From Bugula neritina (Eukaryota; Animalia; Bryozoa), in contig OZ037766.1 in assembly GCA_964035545.1 (NCBI GenBank), positions 20,200,767 to 20,264,766 of the forward strand: a DNA stretch of 64,000 nucleotides, given 5' to 3'. Position 1 is the stretch's first letter; every line of letters starts with the position of its first letter. The notes under the pieces were generated by a model. That model was not told the origin of the DNA and did not search any database. It saw only the letters and a program-made list of their open reading frames with translations. Of this stretch, positions 13,695 to 25,523 are shown one piece after another. The position numbers and the translations under genes are program-made.

Positions 13695-14600
13695 TAGGGG
13701 AAGGCGGGGTAAGTTGGGTCAAGGGGCAAGTTGGGTCAGGCCATTTTCTCAAAAACTGTAATGCTAGGAAACTGAATAGTTAGGTCAAGAAGTAAAGGCC
13801 AAACGAAAATAACTTCCTGCTACTACAACAACACTATCGAAAAAGAGGTGAGTGAAATATTAGCTAATATCAATATTTTTGCTTCATTTGACATTTTGTT
13901 CACCTAAACAGTAGACCAAAACTTTGTTATTAAGCATGAGGATAGAGTGCTGATGTTTTGTGTCATGAATGCTTAAGTAGTTAGCTTATATTTGGTGGAT
14001 TATAAAACTTTCTAAATTGATTTTTTTTTATACAAAAATTACATGCTTTACAAAATTGCTGCCAATGGGGCAAGTTGGGTCAAAATTTTGGGGCTAGTTG
14101 GGTCCATGGCCCAACTTGCCCCAATTCACTAAACATAGTGTTAATGTAAATTTATTGTTGCAGATCATGATACTGGATAATCACTGCTCACATAATATAT
14201 CCTTAGAGTCTGTAACTCTTGCTAAAGAATCAGGAGTTGTTCTACTCACCTTGCCACCACATACTTCACATCAATTACAGTCTCTGGATAGAACTGTTTT
14301 CGGTCCAATGAAAACATACTTTAACAAGGCAATGGATAACTTAATGATAACCTATCTGAACAGGAGCATAAAAGTGCAAGACATTGGCGCCCTAGCAGAG
14401 CGAGCATTTGGGCAAAACATGACTGTTGCTAATATAACATCGGGCTTTCGCTCATCTGGCATATTCCCATCAAAAGCAGGCATATTTACCGACGCCGACT
14501 ATGTTTCAACCGATGTTACGGACAAACCTCAAAGAGTAATCAATGAGCAAGATGATTTAATTCAACTTAGCCAAGTTCATCTCAGTAAACTTTATTCCAG
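13695..14600 (+). mobile_element. pogo/Tigger-type element with an internally deleted DDE transposase
   Basis: Terminus TAGGGGAAGGCGGGGTAAGTTGGGTCA with repeated GGGGCAAGTTGGGTCA motifs (~13723, ~14067; inverted ~14109). DDE_1 motifs ILDNHCSH, LPPHTSHQLQSLD..VFGPMK and SGF..SGIFP. Confidence 0.8.
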
Positions 14601-14884
14601 ATTTCAATCTACAATCTGTGCAACCACAAAACCTAGAAACTCTGTAGCCTATTTATATTTTAAGTACTATAGTAAATAATATACAAATACCCATAGAGAA
14701 TAGTCACCCAACAAAAACTTCATGCATCTGCTATAAATTATGTTTGTACATTACATTATGGTTTTTATATATTAATTTACACCTACAAACCTATATAACA
14801 ATACAGCCACTGCTATGTTTTCGTTACGTTTTACCTTGTGTTTAGCATTTCGATTTTCTTAATGTAAAAATTTTAATTTGTCAA

Positions 14885-14935
14885 TATTGTGCCTGAGGAG
14901 TGCCGAAGAGGCATGAAACTATTAGTAGTACAATA
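14885..14935 (+). ncRNA. Minimal type I hammerhead ribozyme in a Penelope pseudo-LTR
   Basis: Stem I TATTGTGC/GTACAATA, core CTGAGGA, stem II GTGCC-GAAGA-GGCAT, GAAA, short stem III CTA-T-TAG, GUA cleavage triplet. Confidence 0.8.
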
Positions 14936-14970
14936 AAACAACATCTATATAATTAAATTGCTCTTTTCCT

Positions 14971-15014
<44 letters not shown>

Positions 15015-15039
15015 GTAGTGTGTTCAGATTGTTAATGAT

Positions 15040-15686
15040 ACATATATATTTTTTTATTTAAAAAAATCTCACACGACTATATAGTTTCGTACAGTAAACT
15101 GCACTCGTCAGGTGTTAGACTAAAAATAAATAAAATCTATGAAGCATACCGATTATTCAAATTTTTACATAAAGAAAACTATCATGCTTAACACAACGAA
15201 AACGAAATGCAAACATAGTAGTGGATTTGGTGTTATCTATTAATTAATTAAATTGCTCTTTTTCTAAAGGGTTAGACTATAAAAGCTAGATGTTTGATGG
15301 AAAGGGTAATTTATAATAGGTAGTACTATGGTTGAGAATTGTTAGTATTGTTATGTGATGTTGCCCAGGTAGTGCTTACGTGCATGTCTGCATGTGGATA
15401 GAATCTCATTTCTGTTATTAAGGGAAGATTTGCTGGGCTGGTATATTATGAAATATTTTTCCCATAGGCAGAGGTTGCACCTTTTAGTGACTTTGTTGTA
15501 TGAGTTGGTCTTTTTCATAATTTTCCATGTTATGTCAAAATGGGTGTTCTTGTCTTTTAGTTTCCAGATATATTTGCTCAATTCAGTATGGTTCTTTTTT
15601 GTTTTGTTGTTAAAAGTTGATTTGTGGTTATACAATCTGGTTTTGAATTCTGTTTCTGATGTTCCCACGCAAGTCTGGGGTTGGCT
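15040..15686 (-). mobile_element. Penelope-like element, 3' fragment (GIY-YIG endonuclease 15351-15668 plus pseudo-LTR)
   Basis: VGTSETEFKTRLYNH, TELSKYIW and CNLCLWEK motifs; downstream hammerhead; (TA)n tracts on both sides (~14976-15012 and 15687-15702). Confidence 0.85.
15071..15115 (-). ncRNA. Minimal type I hammerhead ribozyme in a Penelope pseudo-LTR
   Basis: Minus strand reads ACAC-CTGACGA-GTGCAG-TTTA-CTGTAC-GAAA-CTATATAG-TC-GTGT: complete core, palindromic stem III, GUC cleavage triplet. Confidence 0.88.
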
Positions 15687-18038
15687 ATATATATATATAT
15701 ATAGAGAAAAACTATGAACTAGGCATCAGCCCTTGAGTATTTAACTGTTAGCTGTGCTATTACTCCCCAGTAATGGCTGGTGATGGCTACTCAAACAGTA
15801 ATTGTAGTATGCTAAACTTATTTACTACATTTTTTTTCCAATATTCATCATAAACATCCCCCAGACAAGTTGTAGCCTTAGCAGCAAACACGCATTTAGC
15901 AATTATAGAACAGAATGTGGAATACATCTTATAGTCATAACTTAGAAATTATAACTTATAAACAACCATAAGTGGGCCTGCAAAACACCCTTTAGCTATT
16001 TTGACTGCCTATAGGCATTTGATGACAAAAATTTAAATTCATTCATTTTTCGAGCACAATGTGTTGATATAAAAATTATTCAGGATACTTTCATTTAACT
16101 GGCATATTAGACAGATGTAATTGAATCAAATCACATGCAGAGGAACAGGTTCAACCAGTAACATGTAATGAACATGCAGGTGTGGCTAGATAACAGAACG
16201 TGAACGCACCTGAGCAGGTTCCTCCATAGAGTAGACATCATTGTCAAACTAATGCCATTAATAGAGTAGACATCTTTGTCCAATTAATGACATAATAATA
16301 GTCAGTAAGTTATTCTCAACCCATTAGAAGTCATCTGCAGAAGAGACTACTTGGTAAGTATTTTCATAGGTCAAACAAAACAGCTGAATATTATGAAATT
16401 GCAGTTTGCAGTTACTGTAAACAGAATACAAAATTAAAGCTTTTTAATTATCAGAATTCAAGCAAAATCAACCAATTTTCACTAAATCATAAAACTACAA
16501 AACCCATGTTGTGACATAATTCATTTAACCACTACTTATAAATTATAATATAATACATATAATAAAAAATCTCACACTCACTTGCTCAGCTGCCAGAAAC
16601 AGAGTTGGACTTAGCTCCGAGTTAAATTAAGTTTTAAGGATTTGTCGCCAGAGTTAGCAAAAATCATTGTACCTGCAAAGAATGGAATAACAGCCTAATG
16701 ACAAGAAAATTGCAACATTTGGCCAGAGAAGAAAACTGGCATGGAGACAGCATCAAATTTAAAAAATGATCAGTAAACAAACCCATATGAATAAGCACCA
16801 CATTAAATTAAAGGACCTACGATTATAACTAGTAAGACTAGTATAACAGTATATAGCACACATGAATGGTTGCCAGGAGCAAAAAGAGAAAAATTCTACC
16901 AGCTATTGGGTAGTTTGTAGATTATGTTTGATGAAATTTATAATAGTCTATTTTAACAGAAGTCAATATACAATGCTCCCTCAGTATCTCACTAAGTTAC
17001 GGGTCATAAAGCCTCAATTTGTGACATAGTAGATAAACAGATTCAACTCACAGATATGTTGAGTTTAGTCGTTTGGTACCTATACACATACGTACAGCTA
17101 ATAAAACCGTTTGGCCATTTACTTTAAACAAGTTTGTCAATTTATTCACAATTGCATTTGACCTTCAGTTCATTGCTATTAAAAAACAGATTTCACGCCC
17201 ATATGAAAGATAGCATCCCCAATAATGGCTGCAATACTTACTCAAAATTTTAAATTGATACGAGAAAATTTTATGTTTTGGAGTTTCATTAGTATTTCAG
17301 CCGAAAATAAGGTCCAGGCCATTCTCATGACCCATAGAATTTCGTGAGAGCGGATCTGTGAGCTATGGGGAGAGCATTGTACTTTATTTCAGGAAGTTGA
17401 GACAACAAATAAAGTTACGGTTACACAGCAGTTTTTAATAAAAGCAAAAAGCATTAGATTAGTTTTAAAGAAAGCATTCATAGGCATGACAATTCCAAAT
17501 TATATATTTGCTAGTAGCTCAATTTCATATGCATTGTTGATTGTTACTTCAACACCAGCAGGCTAAAATAGTAATGCTGACCTTGTACAATCTTTAACCA
17601 ATACTAGCAGCAGCTTCAGCTTTATCCAGTAAGACCAGCTCCTTGAAAAACATTTGTCATAGTTGTTTATAGAATGCCCCCTTTTAGCTGCATATTAATG
17701 CAGAATCTTAAATAATAGCCAAAAGGTAAAGAGTGCATTCTGTTGAAGAGTGGGTGAGTCTTTCCAGCTGATGCAATCTTGACCCAAAATATAACCATTT
17801 CAGCCATCAGCTATAAAAATAAAAATAACCTTGAAAAAGCTTAACATTATATAAATGCTTACTAAAGGCTTACTAAAAGCTTACTACAAGCTTACAGAGC
17901 TATCAACTTTGAATGCTTTTAAACATAAGTTTTGGCATAATAATATGATTGGACCATTGTTTTACCAGACCACACCCCCTGGCTAACCCCCTATTCACAC
18001 TATTCCTAAACATTCAAAGCTAAAAAGATGCTTTCTAT

Positions 18039-18721
18039 CCCCCTATTCACACTTACCGTACCGTACGCCGTAACAGCAAATTTTAGCAATTTTTGTTAAC
18101 ATCCGGGCTAAATCGTACTCCGGTATACGTTGCGGCGTTGATCAAGCAGTGCTTGATTCAAAAAATCACGGCGGGCTCCTATTGGGTAGAGTTGATCTGG
18201 TACTAAAACTTAAAGAACATTTTCGCTAGTTTATTTTATTCGCTTATTTTTGATTTAATTTAACCAATTCAAAAGTTTTAAAAGATTAAAAAATCTTTAT
18301 CCGGCTTGTTTAAATTAAACTCAGCTTAAAAATCTAGCTTTCCCTAATCACAAAACCAAGCAAACCAAAAACTTAAAAATGATTTGGACGGCTAAAATAT
18401 TCATTATTTAAATTAGTTTGCACAATTATTTTAAAAACGGATATATTTAAAAGAAAGATTCTTTTCATGTTATTGCTTTTATTTAGTAAATAGCATTTAT
18501 ATAACATCTTTTGATAAGAATGTTGCGAATAATTTGAAAATAATATTCAAAGGCGTTCAAATCACCGCAGACAAGAGTTGGCTTTATTATGATTGGTCAC
18601 AGCTCAACGTCATGCATTATACTTTTACGGCAATGTGTGAACACCCGTTGACAAAATGCAACAGCGTCGCCATTTTGTTTTTGCTGTTACGGCGTACGAT
18701 ACGGTAAGTGTGAATGAGGGG
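18039..18721. mobile_element. MITE with Harbinger-like TIRs
   Basis: CCCCCTATTCACACTTACCGTACCGTACGCCGTAACAGCAAA ... TTTGCTGTTACGGCGTACGATACGGTAAGTGTGAATGAGGGG, followed by TAA. Confidence 0.8.
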
Positions 18722-18903
18722 TAAGAACTGACATTGTGGAATAACATGCAAAAAGCAATTTTAATCAGAACAGATTATCAGAGTTACAGTGTAATGGTCA
18801 GTGAATGTACACCCTCAGTGTCCCCTGGTAAACATAATACAATAGATTATGGTCAGGAATGGCAACTCCAAGTCATGCCGTCTCTACGTGCGGTGCCCAC
18901 TAA

Positions 18904-19221
18904 CCCCCTGTTCACACATTGCCGCACCGTACGCCGTAACAGAACAAACAAAATGGCGTATAAAGATTTTTTAATCTTTTGAAACTTTTGAATTGATTAA
19001 ATTAAATCAAAAATAAGCGATTAAAATAAACTAGCGAAAATGTTCTTTAAATTTTAGTACCAGATCAACTCTACCCAATAGGAGCCCGCCGTGATTTTTT
19101 GAATCAAGCACTGCTTGATCAACGCCGCAACGTATACCGGAGTACGATTTAGCCCGGATGTTAACAAAAATTGCTAAAATTTGCTGTTACGGCGTACGGT
19201 ACGGTAAGTGTGAATAGGGGG
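18904..19221. mobile_element. Second, internally deleted and inverted copy of the same MITE
   Basis: Same TIRs; 18958-19221 is a near-perfect reverse complement of 18039-18301. Confidence 0.8.
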
Positions 19222-19329
19222 ATAGAAAGCATCTTTTTAGCTTTGAATGTTTAGGAATAGTGTGACTAACTATATTTTTTGCATATTCTATTGTACAATT
19301 GAGTTATAACAATCAACACTCCTAAATCA

Positions 19330-19895
19330 CATTATAACGTGCCGCGCGCGTGCGTGCGTGTACGCGCATAAAGTTTCCTGCGTAAGATGAAAGATTCGCC
19401 CAACTCACCAGGTTCATGCTAGAAGTCCCCCAACGTGCGCATTCAGTTCACCATTACAGCTATCGCAAAGCTATATCAATAGTAACAGCTATGATGACAT
19501 AAGTCTAATAACAACAGAACCATAATCTTACATCCTAAAAATTGTATTTGGATCAACTTCATTATCACCTACCTTCAATTTTTTGGATTAGCGTGTTAGA
19601 GTACACGTGCGCGCGATGAGGGTCACAGACATTAACTCATGTGATTAGAATTAGTAAGCCAATCAGAGACGCTAGCCAGTTAACTAGCTAATTAGTCAAT
19701 CAGACAATGTCTAACTCATCGAACTTAATAATATTAACTTTCCCAGCTCAGTGGTCTAACTACTGGATGCCGAGCTAGTGGACTGCATGTCGAAAAATCC
19801 CAAAACCAATGCCGAACTCCAAGTGAATAAAACGGAACCGGTGCTACTTCCTGTTCTCCGAGCACTCCACTGGATCAGAATTGTGATCAGCATTA
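19330..19895. promoter_or_regulatory. Probable CpG-enriched, possibly bidirectional promoter / first exon of the kinase gene
   Basis: Local CpG enrichment, CCAATC motif at ~19660, plus-strand donor-like GTAACT at ~19896, minus-strand donor GTGAGT at ~19407. The kinase ATG exon has an acceptor at 27940, so an upstream UTR exon is needed. Confidence 0.35.
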
Positions 19896-21163
19896 GTAAC
19901 TACTAATTAGTTTAAGTAATTTTAATACTCCTATTACTATTAGTATAACTATAAGTATTGCTAATTGTACTACTATCAGTATTATATAATTATAAATATA
20001 TTATTATTATTATTAGTAATAGCATAAGTCACTTAGAGTAAAAGTAATAGTAATAGCGAGTATGACTATTACTATTAGAGTATTACTATTACTATTATTA
20101 GTATTACTATTAGTATTAGTATAAGTATTACTATTAGTATTAGTCAGTATTACTATTAGTATTAGTATATTGGTATATTAAATTTAACGATAGTTTCAGT
20201 TTTTATTGATTAGAATTGAAAGAATACCCATTATGATTATGATAATGATTATGATCATTTGTTGTGGTGGGTTTTACTGATTTTGAGTATTGTAAACTCA
20301 CCGAATAATATATATAATATGGCCTTGGGGTGAGCTCGGGGTCGGTATGCAGTTGCGGGTTGATAGCTTGGCTGCGAGGTAACTCCAGCTCCTGTCCGTC
20401 TGGTAGGGGTGAAGTTGAGACTCCGGGTTAGAGTAGTTGGCTGGTGGTGCTCCTCGGTCTATGGTCCTGAGCTAGCACTCACAAACGTACTCTAACACAT
20501 TCTAATTAAGTTGTATACATTCTATATAAATAATCTCAATTGTTCCTCAATCAGTCTCAAGTCTCCCCCATTCTCCCATTTTCACTAGGTTATATAGCTA
20601 TCACACTCACACAAGCCACACCCACACTATAAGTAATATTAATGTCAAACTTAGAGTTGTGCACCCCACACACATGCAACAGCAAGAGATGACAACTACA
20701 CATATACTTATAAATCCAGATATAACATTCTCCGTCACAATAAAAATTTACAGTTCCACCTGTAAATACTTGACTAGGGGCATTGCGATTTAAGGATAAA
20801 TATTGCAGTAACAAGGTTAAACTATTAAATATGTAATTACTTTAGGATTACTGGACATATTAGAACTTGCAATATATTAGACATTGGGTATAATTGATAT
20901 TAATAGACGTATTGGAAATTACTACATACATAGTAACTTTTATATATAGCTGTGAGCGTCTACTAGCCTCACAACTGTTTAATAGGGCTGTGGGATTTAC
21001 TACTACTATTGACCAAGTTATAGAATAGGTAACATACAAGAGAACAGCACAGCAAGAATTAGTTCAACTTCTGTCTATTGAAAGTTGCAAATTTCCTTTT
21101 GTTACCTTTTATAAAATAGAGCCTATCAGACAAAATGCTATAGATGCATGTATGCTATATATG

Positions 21164-21196
<33 letters not shown>

Positions 21197-23947
21197 ATAT
21201 ATATATATTTTTTTTTTTTAATCACCTTGTGGATCACTTTATGTTCTATTGGAAGAAATTAGTATATTAAATATTAGTCTGTACTATACCTACACTTGAA
21301 AAAAATAAAAAACGTTTATCCAGTAAATATAACCATAATATGTTAGTGCACGTAGCATGTAGCATGCAAGATCTGAACGATGAAACTTGAACAAGCCAAG
21401 ACCTAGGTAGAAAGTAGCTTCATCAGTCAGCGTTTATTTATTTTTTTTTTGCAGTGATTGCATCAATTTCTATTTTTTTTTTTAAACTAAATGAGTTAGC
21501 ACGACTTAAATCTGAATTTTATAGTTAACTAAGCATTATAAATTAAATCTTAAAATTGAAAATTATGCAGGGTATTTGTAAATGAGTTGTGGCTATGTAG
21601 CCCTATCTTCAAAGAAAGTATCAATTACTATTTTTCTAGATTATGAGATATTATGAGACATATGCAATTTAATTATAAGCTTACTTCCACATTAAATATA
21701 ATAACCTTTTAATCTGACAGATGTTGCCAGACCAATTATTTTGATTAATGACTTATCTAATTCTAAGTAGCCCCTCTTATTAGTATAAAATCGGCAAGGA
21801 TTAGCATAATTAGTATAATTTATTCTATATACCATCTTTGTAACTATAGTGGAAAAACTGTAGTCTGCAATGTTATACACACAGTAATAGCAATGGCCTT
21901 GTATTATATTCTGTTTATATAGCACTAAACTCATATCAGCGGTTACTCTAATCTGTGGGACTTGAACTAAGGAATTATAATTAATTACTCCTGACTTTTA
22001 ATATTGGCTGTGGCGACTTACATTTATAAGCTTGTATTCAATGCTAATTCCAACTATATACATATCAAGCACATTATATGGCGTGGGAAAAGACTATAAC
22101 GGAGATTGGAGTATGGTGGTACCAGTCTATACCAATGTAATATGTGATTAAGGATTAGAGGTCTACGTAGATAAGTGTATTTACTGGGGCTAGTATATTT
22201 CTTTATAAGGATAAGGCTAACATAATTAATATAATATGATGACTGTATGAGCCTGTCGTAAACTAAGATGTATATAAATATGGAGAGAATGACAATTGAT
22301 ATAGGCAATAGGCCTGAGTATCTTTATCACAATAATAGAAATGTCTACAAAGTAAAATCCAGGACCCAAAAGAGAATGGAAACACCTTCATCATACAGAG
22401 TTGTGTAATATAATATCTCAAGCAATAATTTCAAGCTGTCTTGCTGGGTAAGGCTTACAGCTCATTAAAGTTTATGTTTGGTCTACTATTTCCTAAACTG
22501 TCTAGTTTGATTCACTTAGAGCCAGCTATCAGGTTAATTAACAAAACTACTTCCCCTTAGATTATCACTAATTGCTTCCAACCTTCAGAACTCAACTATG
22601 TCAACATTTTCCTAGAGAATAAAAATTAACCTCTGATTATTGCTCCAGCAGCAAGATGATATCAATTAATAAACACTATGAACCTGTAGATTCACAAGAC
22701 TATGGTTGTCATACATATTGAACTTTTCCAGTTCATTGATAATACACATCAGTTAGAGAGTAATAATGGTATGGTGCAGTAGTCACAGACGATGACTACC
22801 TACCAGCTTGAGTTTATCAAGGTATATAGGCCTGCGTGGTTGGTAATGAGCTTAATAGATGATTACTTCAAGAGAAAATCTTATAAGGCGATAAGACGTA
22901 TTATATATTAATTCGATTAGTAATTTGACTAAATAGTATTGCACTCAGGTATAAGAAGTTTTAATTAAAGTTAACTAAGGCCATAATCTAAACAAAACAT
23001 GGGAGTGACTGAGACTGTACAGGTGGCAGCTGACATGCCCCATGCGCTGCAGTCACATGTAGCAATGCCAGCCCCCACAGTGCCTGTCTCCACATATATC
23101 CTACTAACAATAACGCTTATATTCTATTCTCCTCTTGAAAAAGTAATTGCAAACAACATTGATCCCTGGTGACTCTTATATGAGTTTGGTACACATAACT
23201 ACAGTATAATATTTTTATAGCTAGTTTTATTTATGTTTTCAAATAAGTAAATTACTGGATTACTGTCGTGTCATAGCCTACTAAATAAAGTCATATACTG
23301 TCGTACGTGAGGCGCCAGCACAAGTTGTGCTTAAATGTGCGGCGTGGCCAGGCAGCAGCAGCGCTTCATTAATAGAAAATTCACAACATGAGATTGTATA
23401 CATATATCCATCACCAACATATAGACAGTGGTTAGTATTAATAGCTAGCATGCAGGGTAGCAAAATGCACCAGAGTAATGTGCACTCAGTCTATTTCATA
23501 CGTCTATGAAATTTAGTCTAGTCAATGTCAGAGTATAGAGCTCTATGGACGTCCAGTAGTAATTTTTGTTTTTTGCAAGGCCTGTAAGTTTGTTGTGTTT
23601 CCGTACGGATTTATGCATGCTGTTGGTATACCATTGTGAAATTTTATATATTCGATCTGTGTCGGTGTCCCATTTTCTGTAATGATTCTACGTACGTGTT
23701 GCCCTACTGACGTGTCGTCATGGCGATATAAATTATACAATTGTTTTTCGATTCGTTTGTTGTTCGGGACAGTTTGTGTTTGAAAGCGCTTTATATAAAT
23801 ATCGTATGTAGCCTATTTGTTGAAGTAGCCTATATATTATGACAGTATACTGTGTAGCCCTAGTTTTTTGATTGAAGTTTAACGTCATTCTGGACGAGCC
23901 CTGTAATTCCATAAAATTGTTAGTATATGTGCACATACATTGAATGA

Positions 23948-24130
23948 TGGCCTGCAAGCGTCCAACAGCTCGATAGGCTGGGACTACGGAGTAAATAGTA
24001 TATCGAGTTGGGCATTAGTGGCCTGCACATGTCCAACAGCCGGATGGGCTGGGACTACGGAGGAAATAGTATATCAAGTTGGGCATTAATGGCTTGTACA
24101 TGTCCAACAGCCGGATGGGCTGGGACTATG
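23948..24130. repeat. 71-bp tandem repeat (~2.6 copies) just downstream of gag
   Basis: Units start at 23948, 24019 and 24090 and share GTCCAACAGC..GAT.GGCTGGGACTA. Confidence 0.9.
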
Positions 24131-24215
24131 AGAAACTAATATGGAGCTTTATAGAAACTCTTAGGCTGGCTACATAATGGGCTAGTAATTTAATTATATA
24201 AATACCTATCTAGAT

Positions 24216-25523
24216 CTAGGTACTGAGGGCTTGTATTTGGGCTAGGATGTTGTTATTGTTCAGACTGCCAGGGGGGAGAGGGTCAAGTCTGACAATAGCT
24301 TTTGAGAAGTATCTCAAAAGCTTGTTGGCCAACCTATAAATGTATTTGGTGTGTGGGCCGAATTTTGGCTTACTCAACTTAGGAAAAATTATTTTGTAAT
24401 TTCCAAGTAATAGAATACCGTTATGCCCTTGGGTTTGACATTTAACCCTGCCACTTGAGTAGATGTCTTTACCCAGTTTAAAGATAAAAGTGACGCCAAA
24501 ATAAATGCTTGTGATGGTGTACACCAGGTGTTGTAGAGTAGAGAAAAGCATGTATACAAGAAGATATATGGCTGCTGTCACAGGGTGATTGCACACATTA
24601 AATACCTTATCAGAGGCTTTTGAGCTTGAGGGAAGGTTGGTTGTGGCAGTCATCACATCCTGATGAAGGCTTGCAGCTATCTTCTCTTCTGGTGAGACTT
24701 TGATAGTAGGTCGGACTTGCTCTCCAGTAGCTGAACATGGCGGTGCCGATGGACAGCTGGGGTTCATACCTTCTGCCTCAGTGGTACCGTCTGAGGTTGC
24801 AGGTATCTCCGTTGCTGGGTCGCAGTGCTGGGTGCTTCCGGCAGGTTGTGAGGTGGAGAATCTGGACTCGGGGGTCTGGATGTTTGATTCTTCATCTGCC
24901 GGTCTGCACTCTGGACCTACTTTAGTAATAATACTGGCGCAGATATGGCATTTGATAGGTTTCCTACTCGGACTGTCCACACTGTGCTTATAGCAGAGTG
25001 AGAACAACTCCTCTATGGTTGGTGGATTTTTAAACCTACCAGCCAGTTGTGGCAGCAAAATGTAGCTTAGCTCACGGTTACCTACACCAGTAGCAAAAGT
25101 CTCACCTATAATAGTAAGTTTTGAGCCACTATCTAGCATATGTAGATTATTGCCCTCATCGATAACTCTACATAAAAAATCTTCTGTAGACTCATGGGCC
25201 CTAATATGGAGGTCTAAGAATTTTTTCATTTTTGTAGAGTGGTTCTTATTAAACTTTTTGTCAAGAACATTAATCAGGGTGTCAAATGAGATTTGGAACT
25301 TACTAGCTTTGACTACATTTTCATAACTCTTCTTTGCATTACCATAGAGACAAAGGCCTAAAAATTTAACACTTTGCTCATCTGTGAGGTTAAGAGCTTT
25401 TGCTCGATAGCTAAAATTAGCTTTGGTTCGATACCAATTGTCAGATATGTCACCAAATTGATGAACAAAAGCCCAACTTTTGGGGCATCTAAATAAGTGG
25501 CACCAGTCACTACATGTGGCCAT
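24216..25523 (-). CDS. Gag-like protein (435 aa): capsid-like N-terminus, broken zinc knuckle, S/T/P linker, hydrophobic C-terminal segment
   Basis: Uninterrupted ORF ~300 bp after the PBS. Capsid-like pattern 'W...F..RAKAL..TDEQ...L...L.GNAKK.Y', 'ES..DF..R', 'F..G..N.EL'. CHIC followed by no knuckle His. Hydrophobic run AAIYLLVYMLFSTL...SIYFGVTFIF. Confidence 0.75.
   Translation of the reverse strand: MATCSDWCHLFRCPKSWAFVHQFGDISDNWYRTKANFSYRAKALNLTDEQSVKFLGLCLYGNAKKSYENVVKASKFQISFDTLINVLDKKFNKNHSTKMKKFLDLHIRAHESTEDFLCRVIDEGNNLHMLDSGSKLTIIGETFATGVGNRELSYILLPQLAGRFKNPPTIEELFSLCYKHSVDSPSRKPIKCHICASIITKVGPECRPADEESNIQTPESRFSTSQPAGSTQHCDPATEIPATSDGTTEAEGMNPSCPSAPPCSATGEQVRPTIKVSPEEKIAASLHQDVMTATTNLPSSSKASDKVFNVCNHPVTAAIYLLVYMLFSTLQHLVYTITSIYFGVTFIFKLGKDIYSSGRVKCQTQGHNGILLLGNYKIIFPKLSKPKFGPHTKYIYRLANKLLRYFSKAIVRLDPLPPGSLNNNNILAQIQALST

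Noticed and set aside
23948-24130. Repeat array as a possible CRISPR
   Set aside because: Whole units repeat with no unique spacers, there are no cas genes, and the context is eukaryotic.
20728-24215. Short ORFs in the LTR element interior as pol or env remnants
   Set aside because: No protease, RT (YxDD), RNase H, integrase or env motifs were recognisable by eye; an HMM search is needed to exclude very decayed relics.
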